Assembly (NCBI GenBank): GCA_016432425.1
Contig: CP066688.1
Span: 343,398-407,397, forward strand
Length of the DNA stretch: 64,000 bases
Direction of reading: 5' to 3'
From: Candidatus Daviesbacteria bacterium
Lineage (GTDB): Bacteria; Patescibacteriota; Microgenomatia; Daviesbacterales; UBA10151
Under the pieces are notes generated by a model, which searched no databases, was not told where the DNA came from, and saw only the letters and a program-made list of their open reading frames with translations. Made by a program: the position numbers and the translations under genes. Of the stretch, positions 47,725 to 57,261 are shown piece after piece; position 1 is the first letter of the stretch, and each line of letters begins with the position of its first letter.

Positions 47725-48270
47725 ATGTTCCCTACGAGTTTGATAGAAAATCCCACTAATTACCGTTTTGAGGGCCAGGACGGCGATGAGGATATTCTCC
47801 TTTTGGTTAGGGCTCACCCCATTACTAATTTAGGTTGGATTCTTTGGGCCGTAGTAGTTTTTTTCTTACCGTTTTTAGCGCCCGCAGTAGTATCTTTATT
47901 TGGTTTTGACCTGGCTGTTATTCCGGAAAAATATCTGCTGGCTTTTTCTGTAATTGATTATTTGTTGGTGCTGGTGATTGTTTTTGAAGGATTTTTAGGC
48001 TGGTATTTTAATGTCAGTATTTTAACCAACAAAAGGGTACTAGATATTGATTTCCATTCAACCTTAGCTAAAGATGTAGATATAGCTTTGCTGCAGGATG
48101 TGCAGGAGGCCAAAACCAGTATGGGAGGAGTGTGGGGGTTAATTTTTAATTACGGTGATGTGGCTGTCCAAACTGCTGCTGCCAAAGTAGAAGTTGATGC
48201 CAAAAGCGTGCCGCAGCCAAATTTAGTAGCTGACCGGATTATGGATGCTGCCGAAAGGGTGGGAATATGA
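47725..48270 (+). CDS. membrane protein with bacterial PH (bPH_2/YdbT-like) domain
   Basis: 2 TM then SILTNKRVLDIDFHST…GDVAVQTAAA pattern. Confidence 0.45.
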   Translation: MFPTSLIENPTNYRFEGQDGDEDILLLVRAHPITNLGWILWAVVVFFLPFLAPAVVSLFGFDLAVIPEKYLLAFSVIDYLLVLVIVFEGFLGWYFNVSILTNKRVLDIDFHSTLAKDVDIALLQDVQEAKTSMGGVWGLIFNYGDVAVQTAAAKVEVDAKSVPQPNLVADRIMDAAERVGI

Positions 48271-48500
48271 TGGTAGAGCCGGGAGTAATTTTAGGTTTTT
48301 TTAATTTAAATGATTTTTTAAAAGGAGTAATTCTCTTGATATTGGTTTTTTATGCCATTTTTGCTTTTGTGGTAGTTAGGCAAGTTGATTTAATGAGCAA
48401 AACTTTGATTACTCCGGTTTCTCCCTTGGTGAAGGCAATTGGTTTATTTAATTTTGGTTTTAGCCTGGGACTGATAGTCTTGGTTGTTGGGATACTTTAA
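48267..48500 (+). CDS. small membrane protein
   Basis: 77 aa, two hydrophobic helices; overlapping start with upstream gene. Confidence 0.3.
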   Translation: MMVEPGVILGFFNLNDFLKGVILLILVFYAIFAFVVVRQVDLMSKTLITPVSPLVKAIGLFNFGFSLGLIVLVVGIL

Positions 48501-48535
48501 AATTGAAATAGCGGGAGGTATAATCGTTTCGTTAA

Positions 48536-50323
48536 ATGAAATTTGCAGTTGCCAAAGCTACCGGTTTAAATTCAGATCAACAAGCAGCCCTTGTTAACTG
48601 TGCGGAACAAAATGGACAGTTATTTGTAGGGTTGGTCAGGCTTGCTGGCGATGATGCCTTTACCAGGGGCAGGCAACTTTTAAGTGAATTATCTGATTTG
48701 TTTTGGGAGGAAGAAGGCTCAATCGGGGAAAAATTAACCAAAGTTTTCGCCGAAGCCAAGCTTAAATTAACTGGTGTTTCATCAGCAGAGATTTTACTGG
48801 CCGCGCTTTCAGGTAAAGTGTTGTATTTAATCAGCCAAGGAGAGGGAGCAGCTTATCTTAAAAGAGAGGGAAAATTATCTGTTTTGACCGGTGACGGAGA
48901 GGGACAGCTCGTCTCCGGTTTCCTCCAGCCTGGTGACCGGGTTCTTTTTGCCACCACTTCACTATTAAAATTCTTGGGTGATAATTTAACTAAATCTTTG
49001 GAGCTTAGCTTACCTGATTGGGAAGAAGAAATTGGCAGCAGGATCAATAGTGCGGAATTTGAGGAGCATGGTTTAGCAGGGTTAGTACTCTCGGTAGAGG
49101 AAGAAGAAGTGCCGGCTGAGATGTCGCCCACCTCACCAATTGCCAATTTTGACCAAACGCCATCTCCCCCCGGGTCTGGCTGGCGTTTTAATCCCGGGCC
49201 GGTTTTTAAAAATATCATTCCCGAAAGCTCCCGGGGTAAATTAATTTTGGCCGCTTTCTTGCTGCTGGTGATTTTGGCAGGAATTGGCTGGCAATACAAA
49301 AAGACTAAAGATGGTGAGAGTAACCGTTTATTTGCAGGTTTTCTTCAAGCTGCCCAAGCTGATTTTGAGTCAGCCTCTTCTTTGCAATCCCTCAACCCGC
49401 CGGAAGCTAAAAATAAACTTAACTTTGCCAAAGATAATTTAGCGAAGGCGTTGGCTGTTAAACCCAAAGATGCTGCGGCTTTGGAGCTGCAGAACAAAAT
49501 TAACTTAAGCGCTGATAGCATCCTGCAGCAATTTAAAGGGGTTAATTTTGACAGTTTCTTGGATTTAAATCTGGTGAAAAAGGATTTTCGCCCTACTCAG
49601 ATGAGTTTGTCTGTGGGCAAGCTTTTGCTTTTAGACAAGGATAGTAATACTTTGGTGACTATTGATTTGGGTAAAAAGCAACAACAAATTCAAGCTGGAG
49701 GAGGTAGTTTGGGGCAGTCACAAAAAGCTTCTCTCAACGGCAGTAATGCTTTTGTTTACGCAAAAGATAAAGGGGTGGTAAAAGTTGATACCACCAACCA
49801 AAAAACCTCCACTGTTGCCAAAATGGATGATGAATGGGGAGAGATTGTGGATTTGGCAGGATTTTCCGGCAATGTTTATTTATTGGATGCTGGTAAAGGG
49901 CAAGTCTGGAAATATGTGCCAACTACAGCTGGGTTTTCTAATAAACAAACTTATTTCACCAAGGATACTAAAGCTGATCTTGCCGGCGCCCAAAAAATGC
50001 AAATTGAATCCTCGGTTTATGTCTTAAAATCCGGTGGTGATATTTTGCGCTTTACCAGAGGAGCCAGTGACTTTTTCTCAGTGGGCGGGTTAGATCAACC
50101 TATTAAAAGCATTAGCAGTATTTTTACCTCTTCTGAGGTAGAAAATTTTTATATTTTGGACTCGGGAAATTCCCGGCTGGTGGTGACCACTAAAACCGGA
50201 GCCTATAAATCCCAGTACCAGGGTGATAAGTTCGGCACTGCCGCTGATTTGGCGGTGGACGAAAAAGGCAAAAAAGCATATTTGCTGGATAGTGGCAAAA
50301 TTTACACCATGGATTTAAAATGA
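48536..50323 (+). CDS. hypothetical membrane-anchored protein (N-terminal cytoplasmic domain, central TM, C-terminal beta-rich domain)
   Basis: TM LILAAFLLLVILAGIGW; no confident family. Confidence 0.3.
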   Translation: MKFAVAKATGLNSDQQAALVNCAEQNGQLFVGLVRLAGDDAFTRGRQLLSELSDLFWEEEGSIGEKLTKVFAEAKLKLTGVSSAEILLAALSGKVLYLISQGEGAAYLKREGKLSVLTGDGEGQLVSGFLQPGDRVLFATTSLLKFLGDNLTKSLELSLPDWEEEIGSRINSAEFEEHGLAGLVLSVEEEEVPAEMSPTSPIANFDQTPSPPGSGWRFNPGPVFKNIIPESSRGKLILAAFLLLVILAGIGWQYKKTKDGESNRLFAGFLQAAQADFESASSLQSLNPPEAKNKLNFAKDNLAKALAVKPKDAAALELQNKINLSADSILQQFKGVNFDSFLDLNLVKKDFRPTQMSLSVGKLLLLDKDSNTLVTIDLGKKQQQIQAGGGSLGQSQKASLNGSNAFVYAKDKGVVKVDTTNQKTSTVAKMDDEWGEIVDLAGFSGNVYLLDAGKGQVWKYVPTTAGFSNKQTYFTKDTKADLAGAQKMQIESSVYVLKSGGDILRFTRGASDFFSVGGLDQPIKSISSIFTSSEVENFYILDSGNSRLVVTTKTGAYKSQYQGDKFGTAADLAVDEKGKKAYLLDSGKIYTMDLK

Positions 50324-50329
50324 CGCTTC

Positions 50330-50770
50330 ATGAAGATTCTCAATAAAAAAGCTCTTCACAACTATTATATTCTGGAATCTATTGAAGCTGGAATTTCACT
50401 TTTGGGTAGTGAGGTTAAATCACTGCGGCAAGGTCGAGCTGACTTAGGGGAAGCTTATGTGAGGGTAATTAATAACGAGGTGTTCTTGATTAATGCCAAT
50501 ATTCCCCGTTACAGCCAAACTGCAGCTCGGGATTATGACCCTCTTCGATCCCGCAAGCTGCTGTTACACAAGGGTCAAATCCACTCCTTGCTGGGTAAAA
50601 TTTCCGGTCAAGCCACCACTTTGGTGCCGGTGTCAGTTTATGAGAAAAATAACCGCTTTAAGGTTCAAGTAGGACTGGCCAGAAGCAAAAAACAATTTGA
50701 TAAAAGGGCTGCCATTAAAGCTCGCGACCAAGCTCGCCGCATTGAACAAGAGCTGCGAGGTAAAGAATAA
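50330..50770 (+). CDS. smpB: SsrA-binding protein
   Basis: Typical SmpB sequence (…GSEVKSLRQGRADLGEAYV…), adjacent to tmRNA. Confidence 0.9.
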   Translation: MKILNKKALHNYYILESIEAGISLLGSEVKSLRQGRADLGEAYVRVINNEVFLINANIPRYSQTAARDYDPLRSRKLLLHKGQIHSLLGKISGQATTLVPVSVYEKNNRFKVQVGLARSKKQFDKRAAIKARDQARRIEQELRGKE

Positions 50771-50777
50771 TCCAAGT

Positions 50778-50806
50778 TTGCTTTTGAGTTTAAAATCTGC
50801 TAAAAT
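50778..50806 (+). promoter_or_regulatory. candidate sigma70 promoter for tmRNA
   Basis: TTGCTT -17 nt- TAAAAT, ~9 nt upstream of tmRNA 5' GGGG. Confidence 0.35.
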
Positions 50807-50815
50807 TTGAATATT

Positions 50816-51181
50816 GGGGATGTTTAGTTTTCGACAGGTTAGCTCTTTAAAAACTGCAAGCCGCTAAAGAAATCTTAAGCGTAAAATATGGTTTCAAAAT
50901 TTAAACGGCAATAATAATGTCCGTTATGCATACGCCTAATTTAGGCCGGTAGCATTATCTTAAGATAATTTCTTCAAAGCGGATTACTTAAGGTATATAC
51001 AAAGCTTTGATGCAATAATTTTAGTGTTGGTTGATCTAAAATTATTTAAGACAACTCAATCAAGTTTTAGTTTTCCTGCTAGTTTGGTTACAACTAAGAC
51101 TTAAAAATATGCTAGCTAAGCTTGTAGAAGTTTTTGAGGAAACTTTCCCGGACGAGGGTGCAATTCCCTCCATCTCCACCA
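50816..51181 (+). ncRNA. ssrA: tmRNA (transfer-messenger RNA)
   Basis: 5' GGGGAUGUUUAGUUUUCGACAGG and 3' GGACGAGGGUGCAAUUCCCUCCAUCUCCACCA tRNA-like ends, G3:U wobble in acceptor stem, T-arm GAGGG-UGCAAUU-CCCUC; downstream of smpB. Confidence 0.8.
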
Positions 51182-51237
51182 AAGGTTAACTTAATTATTA
51201 CATTTTTTTACCTCCTTTCTTAACTTTTCCCTGTATT

Positions 51238-51501
51238 ATGGGTGGCAACATGAGCATAATTGCCTGGGTTCTATTCGGACTGGTAGCAGGAGTTATTACT
51301 AACTTAATTGACCCCGCCCCTTCCAGAGGAGGACTTTTAGGAGCAATAGTTTTGGGAATTGTGGGAGCTTTGGTGGGAGGGTTTTTAGCCAGTTTAGTGT
51401 TTAGAGTAGGCATAGCCGGGTTTGATACTTCTTCCTTGATAGTGGCAGTTTTGGGTTCGCTCTTGGTGTTGTGGGTTTCCCGGTCGCTGCGGAGAGTTTA
51501 A
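51238..51501 (+). CDS. GlsB/YeaQ/YmgE-family transglycosylase-associated small membrane protein
   Basis: IIAWVLFGLVAGVITNLI…GAIVLGIVGALVGGFLASLVF. Confidence 0.7.
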   Translation: MGGNMSIIAWVLFGLVAGVITNLIDPAPSRGGLLGAIVLGIVGALVGGFLASLVFRVGIAGFDTSSLIVAVLGSLLVLWVSRSLRRV

Positions 51502-51920
51502 ATTATGAATCCAACTATATTACAGGCTAGTCCATTACCAATTATTAACGTTATTAGATTTAAAAATATCATGAGATGGTTAAAAACACTGCTCAAAGAA
51601 AATTTTATTTATGCGCTACTGACTGCCCCAGTAGCTTAAAAATTATCTAACTATGAAAAAAACTATCCCCCCTAATTTAAAACCGTCAGGAGTTATTACA
51701 GTATCCCAGATTTTGGTTAATATCATCAAAATGCAGGCCACCTCTTTTAATGGCCGCCTTAAAATAGCCAGCTAAATTTGTAAATTTAAGATTATTCCTT
51801 ACCTACTCTTTGCAGAAATTTTACCCAACTCTTACTGATTACTTAGATAATGCTCTCTAAGGCGAAAATTTTGTTAAATTTTGTTTTTATCAATTAAAGT
51901 GCTAACATATTAGATCATTT

Positions 51921-53078
51921 ATGAATAATATTTTAGAAAAAATCTATAAATCAGCTGCTAAATTTCTCGTACCACTAACATTAGAAGATATGTACGCTTT
52001 AATAGTCAAAGAAGCAATTAAACTGGTGGGAGCAAATTATGGTTCTGTTGTTTTATATCAGAATGGTCAACTAAAAAGAGTTTATACTTCTTACCCAGTT
52101 TTAAATCAAATTAAGCCTCGTCCCCAAGGATTTACTTATCGAGCATTTAAAAGCCGCCAAACTACTATTATAGATGTAGCAAAAGCTGCTAAAATTCACC
52201 CCTTGGTCAAAAATTCTCAAATTCAATCCATTGTGATGATCCCCTTGTCATACCGCAATAAATCCATTGGAGTATTAACGATTGATTTCCACCATAAAGA
52301 GCAATTTAACCAAGAGCAATTAAATGTGCTGAAATTATTTGGTTCCCTTGCCACTCTAGCGATTAGAAAAACTCAATTATATGATGAAATTAGGCAAGCC
52401 GTAGAAGCGCGTGATTTATTTATCTCAATGGCGGCCCACGAGTTCCGTACACCCCTAACTACCATTAATGGTTATGTTCAACTGTTATGTTCAAAATTGT
52501 CAAATGCCAATTCTATAGAAGCGCGTTGGGCAGAAGAATTGCTAGCAGAAACCAAGAGGTTAACTGTGCTTATTAATGAGTTGTTAGAGGTAGAGCGGAT
52601 TAAAAATAGTAATTTTAGTTATAAGTTGCATATCAATTCATTAAGAGAGGTAATCAGAAGGGCAGTCACTAATTTTCATTTTATGCATCCCAACCGTCGG
52701 TTGGTTTTTACTGATAATTTGGGGAAGGATGATACTGTGATTGGTGATTTTGATAAATTGATTCAAACCCTGAATAATTTGTTGGATAATGCGGTTAAAT
52801 TTTCTCCTGAAGGAAAAGATATTGAACTAACTTTAGGATATCATACACCTTATTTCACTGTGGCAGTGAAAGATTACGGTAAAGGAGTGGCCGAGCAAGA
52901 CCTTAAGAAAATTTTTGATAAGTATCAGCGAGGCTCCAATCATTCTGCAGAAGGGATGGGTATTGGTTTATATTTAGCCAAGAATATCATCGAGAGCCAT
53001 CAAGGCAAAATTAAGTTATTCTCCAGAGAAAACCAGGGGACTATTGTAGAAATTAAATTGCCCAAGATAAAAAAATGA
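51921..53078 (+). CDS. cytoplasmic GAF-domain sensor histidine kinase
   Basis: H-box ISMAAHEFRTPLTTINGYVQLL; N/G-box LLDNAVKFSP…GMGIGLYLAK; no TM. Confidence 0.8.
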   Translation: MNNILEKIYKSAAKFLVPLTLEDMYALIVKEAIKLVGANYGSVVLYQNGQLKRVYTSYPVLNQIKPRPQGFTYRAFKSRQTTIIDVAKAAKIHPLVKNSQIQSIVMIPLSYRNKSIGVLTIDFHHKEQFNQEQLNVLKLFGSLATLAIRKTQLYDEIRQAVEARDLFISMAAHEFRTPLTTINGYVQLLCSKLSNANSIEARWAEELLAETKRLTVLINELLEVERIKNSNFSYKLHINSLREVIRRAVTNFHFMHPNRRLVFTDNLGKDDTVIGDFDKLIQTLNNLLDNAVKFSPEGKDIELTLGYHTPYFTVAVKDYGKGVAEQDLKKIFDKYQRGSNHSAEGMGIGLYLAKNIIESHQGKIKLFSRENQGTIVEIKLPKIKK

Positions 53079-53998
53079 CAGAAGCTGATCCGCAGTTAAA
53101 TACTGAAGTTTTGGATAGTACTCGCGATTTAGAGGGGAAGTTAGCTGGTCCAACTGTCCTGGAGATGGTAGATTCTCCTGAAACTAGACTGTTAATTTTG
53201 TGCGGTGAACCGGGTATTGGTAAAAGTATTTTTTTGGGACAGTTACACAAGAGGAGCCGGCGTGGCTTTAAGCTGGTGACTTTTGACGGGAAATTAGCTA
53301 AAGCGCAAAGACTGTTAAAGAAAGATCGGTCTCGGTGGGGACAAGTAGAATGGGATCGTTTTTCCGAGATTATGTTGATTGATATCAACAAAGAGTGCGA
53401 CAGGATGGAGCGAGCACAGTCACTTGAGCTGCTGGCAGTAGAGACGGTTTCTATAGGCATGGTGGGTGGTTTTAATCGGGCGATGTCTGTTTTGGAAACC
53501 TTAGCAAGTGAAAAAGGTGTGAGAGTGTTGGGAGCAGTACCGGACCCCCGTACCCAGAGACAAGCCAGCGATATAAGAGTGCTGTTTACTGATCCGGATT
53601 ACCCCATTCCTGATGAAGAAGTTCGCCGCAAGCTAGACGAGGATTATAATGTGGTGGCGGTTGGATATGGTGATGATGCTAGCTCCGGCAGAAAATTGAA
53701 GCGTAGATTAGGCAGAATGGCCCGTCCCGACAAACTAGAGCAATTTAGCAATGAAATGTTACATGAGGCTCAAAGGCTAAGGTTGGTTGATGAGGAAAGG
53801 ATTAGTGGGATGGTTTATCAGGCGTTTGAATCTCCTAATAGCCTGTTGTTGCCTTTTTCTCTTAGATTAAGGTATGCCTATAAAGCAGTCTGGATGGAAT
53901 ATTATCTAGGAGAAAATCTGCATTTAAATAATGGTCAAGGTTTAGGAATTTTTATTCCCTTTTTGGAAAACCGGAAGATTTATTGGTATACTACATAA
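53075..53998 (+). CDS. P-loop NTPase-like hypothetical protein
   Basis: LILCGEPGIGKSIF Walker A, MLIDINKE Walker-B-like; overlaps HK stop and OMT start. Confidence 0.35.
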   Translation: MTEADPQLNTEVLDSTRDLEGKLAGPTVLEMVDSPETRLLILCGEPGIGKSIFLGQLHKRSRRGFKLVTFDGKLAKAQRLLKKDRSRWGQVEWDRFSEIMLIDINKECDRMERAQSLELLAVETVSIGMVGGFNRAMSVLETLASEKGVRVLGAVPDPRTQRQASDIRVLFTDPDYPIPDEEVRRKLDEDYNVVAVGYGDDASSGRKLKRRLGRMARPDKLEQFSNEMLHEAQRLRLVDEERISGMVYQAFESPNSLLLPFSLRLRYAYKAVWMEYYLGENLHLNNGQGLGIFIPFLENRKIYWYTT

Positions 53999-54654
53999 AT
54001 TATATGGGTAGAGAATTTACTGAGCAAAATTTCTTAAGAGTCTCCGATGAATTGGAAGAGATTAATAGGGTTTTTGAGGAAGATATCGATGAGGTATTGG
54101 TTGATAATCCAGATTATCCTCGAATATGGCTTCCTCCTGATCGTAAAATCCGATTATGGTCGGTACCCAGGACAACGGCAGAATTTTTAAGAACACAAGT
54201 TTTAATCAAGAGGCCGCCAACCATCTTAGAATTGGGGACTTCAGCTGGTTATTCTGCTTTATGGATGGCAGCAGGAGCTAGGGAATATGGGGGAAAAGTT
54301 TATACAGTGGAAGTAGCTAGGCCTAAAAGCGATTGGGCAGCGGAAAATTTTGAAGAGGCTAGATTGGGTCAGACAATTTTCCAATATGTTGGTTGGGCAG
54401 AAGACATTTTGCGCAGAAGTTGGAGAGGGGATACTGATTTTGTTTTCTTAGATGCTGATAAACCCAATTACCTTAAGTACATGCAACTACTGGAGCCTTA
54501 TTTAACTGAAGGGGCAGTGATTATTGCTGACAATGCGCTAGATTATGGGGATTTAATGCAAGATTATTTAAACTATATAACGACTAGCCCCGACTATTAC
54601 AGTTATTTATTAAGAATAGACCATGGGTTGATGATTTCAGTGAAGCTGCGTTAA
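53983..54654 (+). CDS. class I SAM-dependent O-methyltransferase (catechol/caffeoyl-CoA OMT family 3-like)
   Basis: ILELGTSAGYSALWMA, DFVFLDADKPNYLKY, AVIIADNAL motifs. Confidence 0.7.
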   Translation: MVYYINYMGREFTEQNFLRVSDELEEINRVFEEDIDEVLVDNPDYPRIWLPPDRKIRLWSVPRTTAEFLRTQVLIKRPPTILELGTSAGYSALWMAAGAREYGGKVYTVEVARPKSDWAAENFEEARLGQTIFQYVGWAEDILRRSWRGDTDFVFLDADKPNYLKYMQLLEPYLTEGAVIIADNALDYGDLMQDYLNYITTSPDYYSYLLRIDHGLMISVKLR

Positions 54655-54657
54655 AGG

Positions 54658-55332
54658 TTACTCTTTAATAGTATAACCAAAGCCGCGGATGGAGTGAATT
54701 AATTTTTGGTCAAAACCATTATCAATTTTTTTCCTTAGATAACCCATATAGACATCTACCACCCTGGTTTCAATATCAGGGGAGTAAAGCCAGACCCGAT
54801 TTAAAATCATCTCTCTGGTTAAAATCCGGCCCTGATTAGTCATTAAATATTGCAGCAGTTTAAACTCTTGGGGAGTCAATTGAATAAGTTTCCCTTTGCG
54901 TTTAACCTCTAGTTTTTCACTATCCAATTCTAAATCTCCCACCTTCATCAAAGAGCGGTTGTTATTACTTTTACCTCTTAGTTGGACCCTAATTCTGGCT
55001 AAAAGCTCAGTGGCCACAAATGGTTTGCTCATATAATCATCAGCCCCCAGTTCCAGCCCCTGGATTACATCAGAGGGAGAGTCTTTAGCAGTCAGCACTA
55101 TAATTGGTAAATCAGGATGTTTTTTTCTGGCTTCAATGATAACTGTTTCTCCGCTCATGGTAGGTAGCCCTAAATCTAAAATAATTATATCCGGAGGTAA
55201 TTTGTTGATGGTATTTAAAGCAGCTACCCCATCAGAGACTGTGGTGACAGAATAATCGTTTTGCTGCAAAAACTCCTTTAAATATTTTTGCAGAGCAAAA
55301 TCATCTTCTACTACTAAAACTTTTGGTATCAT
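54658..55332 (-). CDS. OmpR-family response regulator (REC + winged helix)
   Basis: VLVVEDDFAL…DIIILDLGLP…KPF; C-terminal trans_reg_C pattern …YLRKKID…. Confidence 0.85.
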   Translation of the reverse strand: MIPKVLVVEDDFALQKYLKEFLQQNDYSVTTVSDGVAALNTINKLPPDIIILDLGLPTMSGETVIIEARKKHPDLPIIVLTAKDSPSDVIQGLELGADDYMSKPFVATELLARIRVQLRGKSNNNRSLMKVGDLELDSEKLEVKRKGKLIQLTPQEFKLLQYLMTNQGRILTREMILNRVWLYSPDIETRVVDVYMGYLRKKIDNGFDQKLIHSIRGFGYTIKE

Positions 55333-55652
55333 TTTTTTAAACCCTTACCTTTTACATACTAGATTTTAGTTTTATTTTTAAAAAATCTTGTTATCATGCC
55401 GTTAAATCAGGTTTGGGGGTAAGATGCCAGACGCCATCTTGAAGTGAGAGAATTTGAAAATCTACTTCCTTAAGTCTCGTCTTTACCCCACAACTGATTT
55501 TTTTGTCTTTAAATTTTCCCCATTTTACCATATTAAGTTAAATTTTGTTCAAAATTAGTTGGGTAGGTTTTAAAGGCGGATCTTTCTATTTTATGCAAGA
55601 TGATCTAAAATTAGTATGGGCTAAATTTATAAGGACTAATTAAGTTTAATGT

Positions 55653-55730
55653 AAGAATTTCGTTAAAACGAAATTCTTGAAACTTAATCGTTTAAAGAAT
55701 CCCGTTAAAACGAGTTTTTTATAAAGAGAA
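55653..55730 (+). promoter_or_regulatory. hairpin plus direct repeats (cgttaaaacga x2) and T-run upstream of comFC / divergent from response regulator
   Basis: aagaatttcg-ttaaaa-cgaaattctt 10-bp stem hairpin (55653-55678); second copy of cgttaaaacga followed by tttttt. Confidence 0.35.
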
Positions 55731-55732
55731 GT

Positions 55733-56425
55733 ATGTTGTTAGATTTGCTATTTCCCAAAAAATGTGTCAGCTGTGCCAGGGTAGGGAGTTACTTATGTCA
55801 GGGATGTATTAATAATTTAAACCAATCAGATTTGGTTTGCCCTAAATGTGAAAGGTTGTCTTTGGGAGGGCAAACTCATCCCATCTGCTGGCGTAAATTT
55901 GGTCTGGATGGACTATGGTTTTTAGGAGTTTATCAGGATCCGCTCAAGAAGGTTATCCAAGTTTTTAAATATAAATTTGTTAAGGGATTAGGGGATTTAT
56001 TGGTAGAACTTATTTTGGAATATTGGGCCCGGTATCAACCTTTTGTTTTAGACCGTATCAAAGCGGACCAGGGTAAAAACTGGCTGGTGGTATCGGTACC
56101 GCTTCATTGGTATAGGCAAAATTGGCGGGATTTTAACCAGGCAGAGATTATCGGAAAAAATTTATCCCAAAAATTAGGATTGGGTTTTGCTGACGCTTTA
56201 ATTAGAAATCGTTATACTAAACCTCAAGCCAGATTAAAAGCCGCTGATAGAAAATCAAATATTTTTGGGGCTTTTTCAATTAAAAATTCTTCACTCTTAT
56301 CCTCTCACCCTAATATCCTCCTCATTGATGATGTCTGGACCACAGGTTCTACCCTAAAAGAATGTGGTTATATCTTAAAAAGAAATGGAGCCAAAGAAGT
56401 CTGGGCGTTGACTTTAGCTCGTTAG
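55733..56425 (+). CDS. comFC: ComF-family protein (phosphoribosyltransferase domain, competence-associated)
   Basis: N-terminal CxxC…CxxC zinc finger, C-terminal LLIDDVWTTGSTL PRTase motif. Confidence 0.75.
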   Translation: MLLDLLFPKKCVSCARVGSYLCQGCINNLNQSDLVCPKCERLSLGGQTHPICWRKFGLDGLWFLGVYQDPLKKVIQVFKYKFVKGLGDLLVELILEYWARYQPFVLDRIKADQGKNWLVVSVPLHWYRQNWRDFNQAEIIGKNLSQKLGLGFADALIRNRYTKPQARLKAADRKSNIFGAFSIKNSSLLSSHPNILLIDDVWTTGSTLKECGYILKRNGAKEVWALTLAR

Positions 56426-56586
56426 CGCCGTCGTACCAGATAAAAAATATTGTGTAGTAGAAGGTATGGAGAGTTAGCATTTCAAGTGTAAATTTGGTAA
56501 AATATCTTATCCAGTTGGAGTACCAAATTGGGTTTGGGATAATTCTGAGTATATTAAGGCATGTGTTATGTGATTAAGAAAATACT

Positions 56587-56677
56587 GGAGGAGGGACCGG
56601 ACGGTAAGGTAGCGGTTTGCTAAACCGTACACGAGCTTAAAACCCGTGAGTGGGTTCGACTCCCACCTCCTCCGCCA
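56587..56677 (+). tRNA. tRNA-Ser (anticodon GCU), CCA encoded
   Basis: Manual fold: acceptor GGAGGAG/CTCCTCC, anticodon stem GCGGT/ACCGT loop TTGCTAA, long variable arm, T-arm GTGGG-TTCGACT-CCCAC. Confidence 0.8.
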
Positions 56678-56678
56678 G

Positions 56679-56765
56679 GGTGGGGTGCTGGAGCGGTTTA
56701 ACAGGATAGTCTTGAAAACTATTGTGGCTGAAAGGTCACCGTGAGTTCGAATCTCACCCCCACCG
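56679..56765 (+). tRNA. tRNA-Ser (anticodon UGA)
   Basis: Acceptor GGTGGGG/CCCCACC, anticodon stem ATAGT/ACTAT loop CTTGAAA, long variable arm, T-arm GTGAG-TTCGAAT-CTCAC. Confidence 0.8.
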
Positions 56766-56791
56766 CAAAGTGTTGTATAATAAACATAGCT

Positions 56792-57187
56792 ATGAATGAG
56801 AATATTCCTTCATCAGAAAAGCCAAGATTTACAAGAGAGCAGGTGGTCGATGCTTTTAGAAAATTTCCACCAAAGGGCATTGCTAGCCCCGATGACCTTC
56901 CTCTTAATGATCCTGAAGTAATCTCTGCTAATGCAGTACTTCAAGTATGGGATAATCAGCAAAAGGCCGAGGTACAAAGACTAGGTACTCAAGAAGCCAA
57001 TCTTGAATATACATTAAGCAGAAGTACTATCCATGTTGACGCCGGGTTCTCAGACCCTGATTATCTTGATGAAGTTGCTAATGATTGGTTGGCACAAGAT
57101 TTACAAGAAGCAGAAGATGCAGGACTAACAGAAACAGCTAGAAAAATTCAGGCAAAAATAGACGAGATTGAAACAAAGTTAGCATAG
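56792..57187 (+). CDS. hypothetical acidic protein
   Basis: ORF; start placed at MNENIPS after tRNA (track ORF from 56741 overlaps tRNA). Confidence 0.3.
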   Translation: MNENIPSSEKPRFTREQVVDAFRKFPPKGIASPDDLPLNDPEVISANAVLQVWDNQQKAEVQRLGTQEANLEYTLSRSTIHVDAGFSDPDYLDEVANDWLAQDLQEAEDAGLTETARKIQAKIDEIETKLA

Positions 57188-57261
57188 TAGGTTCCAACAT
57201 AGTCAACCAGGCGCCGCCACTTTACACTTGCCTCAGAAAACTTTAAACTATAACCACTACT

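Noticed and set aside
51502-51920. 420-bp AT-rich noncoding gap upstream of the histidine kinase examined for small RNAs or small genes
   Set aside because: No convincing hairpin-terminator pairs, no ORF with a plausible ribosome-binding site, no recognisable RNA motifs; left as an ordinary promoter-containing spacer.
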